A stretch of DNA of 63,808 nt, filler included, from Octopus bimaculoides (taxonomy: Eukaryota), in NCBI RefSeq assembly GCF_001194135.2. It is 8 parts of 7 records of this genome, joined end to end, with 100 filler letters (N's around TTAATTAATTAA, not from the genome) between each part and the next. Parts side by side here need not be neighbours in the genome. Positions count along the whole stretch, not along the records: positions 62,489 to 63,808 come from NW_026404600.1; 7 more parts are not named here. One strand, 5' to 3'. Made by a program: the position numbers and the translations under genes. Shown here in pieces: positions 62,490 through 63,808 of the stretch. Positions within the stretch are counted from its first letter, which is position 1. Each line of letters opens with the position of its first letter. The notes beneath the pieces are model-generated. The model saw nothing but the letters and a program-made list of their open reading frames with translations, was not told the DNA's origin and did no database searches.

Positions 62490-63808
62490 TCATTATAATT
62501 AGCATCATTATAATTATCATCATTATCATTATCATCATTATAATTATCATCATTACCATTATCATCATTATAATTATCATCATTATCATTATCATTATAA
62601 TTATCATCATTATCATCATCATNNNNNNNNNNTTATCATCATTATCATTATCATTATAATTATCATCATTATCATCATCATCATTATAATTATTATCATT
62701 ATCATAATTATCATCATTATCATTATCATCATTAACATCATTATCATTATCATCAGTATAATTATCATCNNNNNNNNNNNNNNNNNNNNNNNNNNNNNNN
62801 NNNNNNNNNNNNNNNNNNNNNNNNNNNNNNNNNNNNNNNNNNNNNNNNNNNNNNNNNNNNNNNNNNNNNNNNNNNNNNNNNNNNNNNNNNNNATTATCAT
62901 TATAATTATCATCATTATCATTATCATCATTATCATCATCACTATAATTATCATTATCATCATTATCATTATCATCATTATCATTATCATCATCATNNNN
63001 NNNNNNATCATCATTATCATTATCATCATTATCATTATCATCATCATCATCATTATAATTAACATCATTATCATTATCATCATTATAATTGTCATCATTA
63101 TCATTATCATCATTATAATTATCATCATTATCATTACCATCATTATCATTATCATCGTTATAATTATCATCATTATAATTATCATCATTATCATTATCAT
63201 CATTATCNNNNNNNNNNNNNNNNNNNNNNNNNNNNNNNNNNNNNNNNTCATTATAATTATCATCATTATAATTATCATCATTATAATTATCATCAGCATC
63301 ATTATCATCATTATCATTATCATTATCACTATCCTCATTATCATTATTATAATTATCATCATTATAATTATCATCATTANNNNNNNNNNNNNNNNNNNNN
63401 NNNNNNNNNNNNNNNNNNNNNNNNNNNNNNNNNNNNNNNNNNNNCATTATCATCATTATCATTATCATCATTATCATTATCATCATTATCATTACCATCA
63501 TTATCATCATTATAATTACCATCATTATCATTATCATCATTATCATTATCCTCATTATCATTATTATAATTATCATCATTATAATTATCATCATTANNNN
63601 NNNNNNNNNNNNNNNNNNNNNNNNNNNNNNNNNNNNNNNNNNNNNATCATCATTATAATTATCATCATTATCATTATCATAATTATCATCATTATCATCA
63701 TTATCATTATCATCATCATTATAATTATCATCATTATCATCATTATCATTATCATCAGTATCATTATCATTATCATCATTATAATTATCATCATTATAAT
63801 TATCATCA
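62490..63808. repeat. Compound ATC/ATT satellite (units such as ATTATCATC, ATTATC, ATTATAATTATCATC)
   Basis: About 1.3 kb of mixed 6-, 9- and 15-nt units interrupted by N runs; explains the poly-DN/MI ORFs. Confidence 0.92.

Noticed and set aside
62437-63594. 385-aa Asp/Asn-rich ORF resembling acidic biomineralisation proteins
   Set aside because: A translation of the ATC/ATT satellite with N runs; no signal peptide, splice context or unique sequence.

Overview
AT-rich, microsatellite-laden, gappy draft scaffold from an animal genome. The SINE families, LINE relics and repeat texture look cephalopod (Octopus-like); this is an inference. Most long ORFs in the track are artefacts of N-runs or simple repeats. 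Real coding signal: (1) five in-phase minus-strand exons (58567 to 48542) of a divergent paramyosin-like coiled-coil gene whose 3' exons were not found; (2) a plus-strand terminal exon of an atypical C-type lectin (44733-44971). The rest is a transposon graveyard: Helitron 3' end, fold-back mariner, maT/Tc1 relic, five R4/Dong-type (RLE) LINE pieces, RTE and CR1 scraps, and many tRNA-SINEs. The most notable structures are a TSD-flanked 1.4 kb retro-insert encoding only an ORF1/gag-like CCHC protein (HAL1-like, 40253-41643) and a TSD-flanked U6 snRNA-SINE chimera (46250-46601). These two share a homologous ~45-nt 3' tail, suggesting both parasitise one L1/Tx1-like machinery. Three different RLE LINE 3' ends are stacked in (AAT)n tracts at 30225-32654. 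Seven N44-TTAATTAATTAA-N44 spacers are assembly joins of unknown size, so long-range arrangements across them are provisional.
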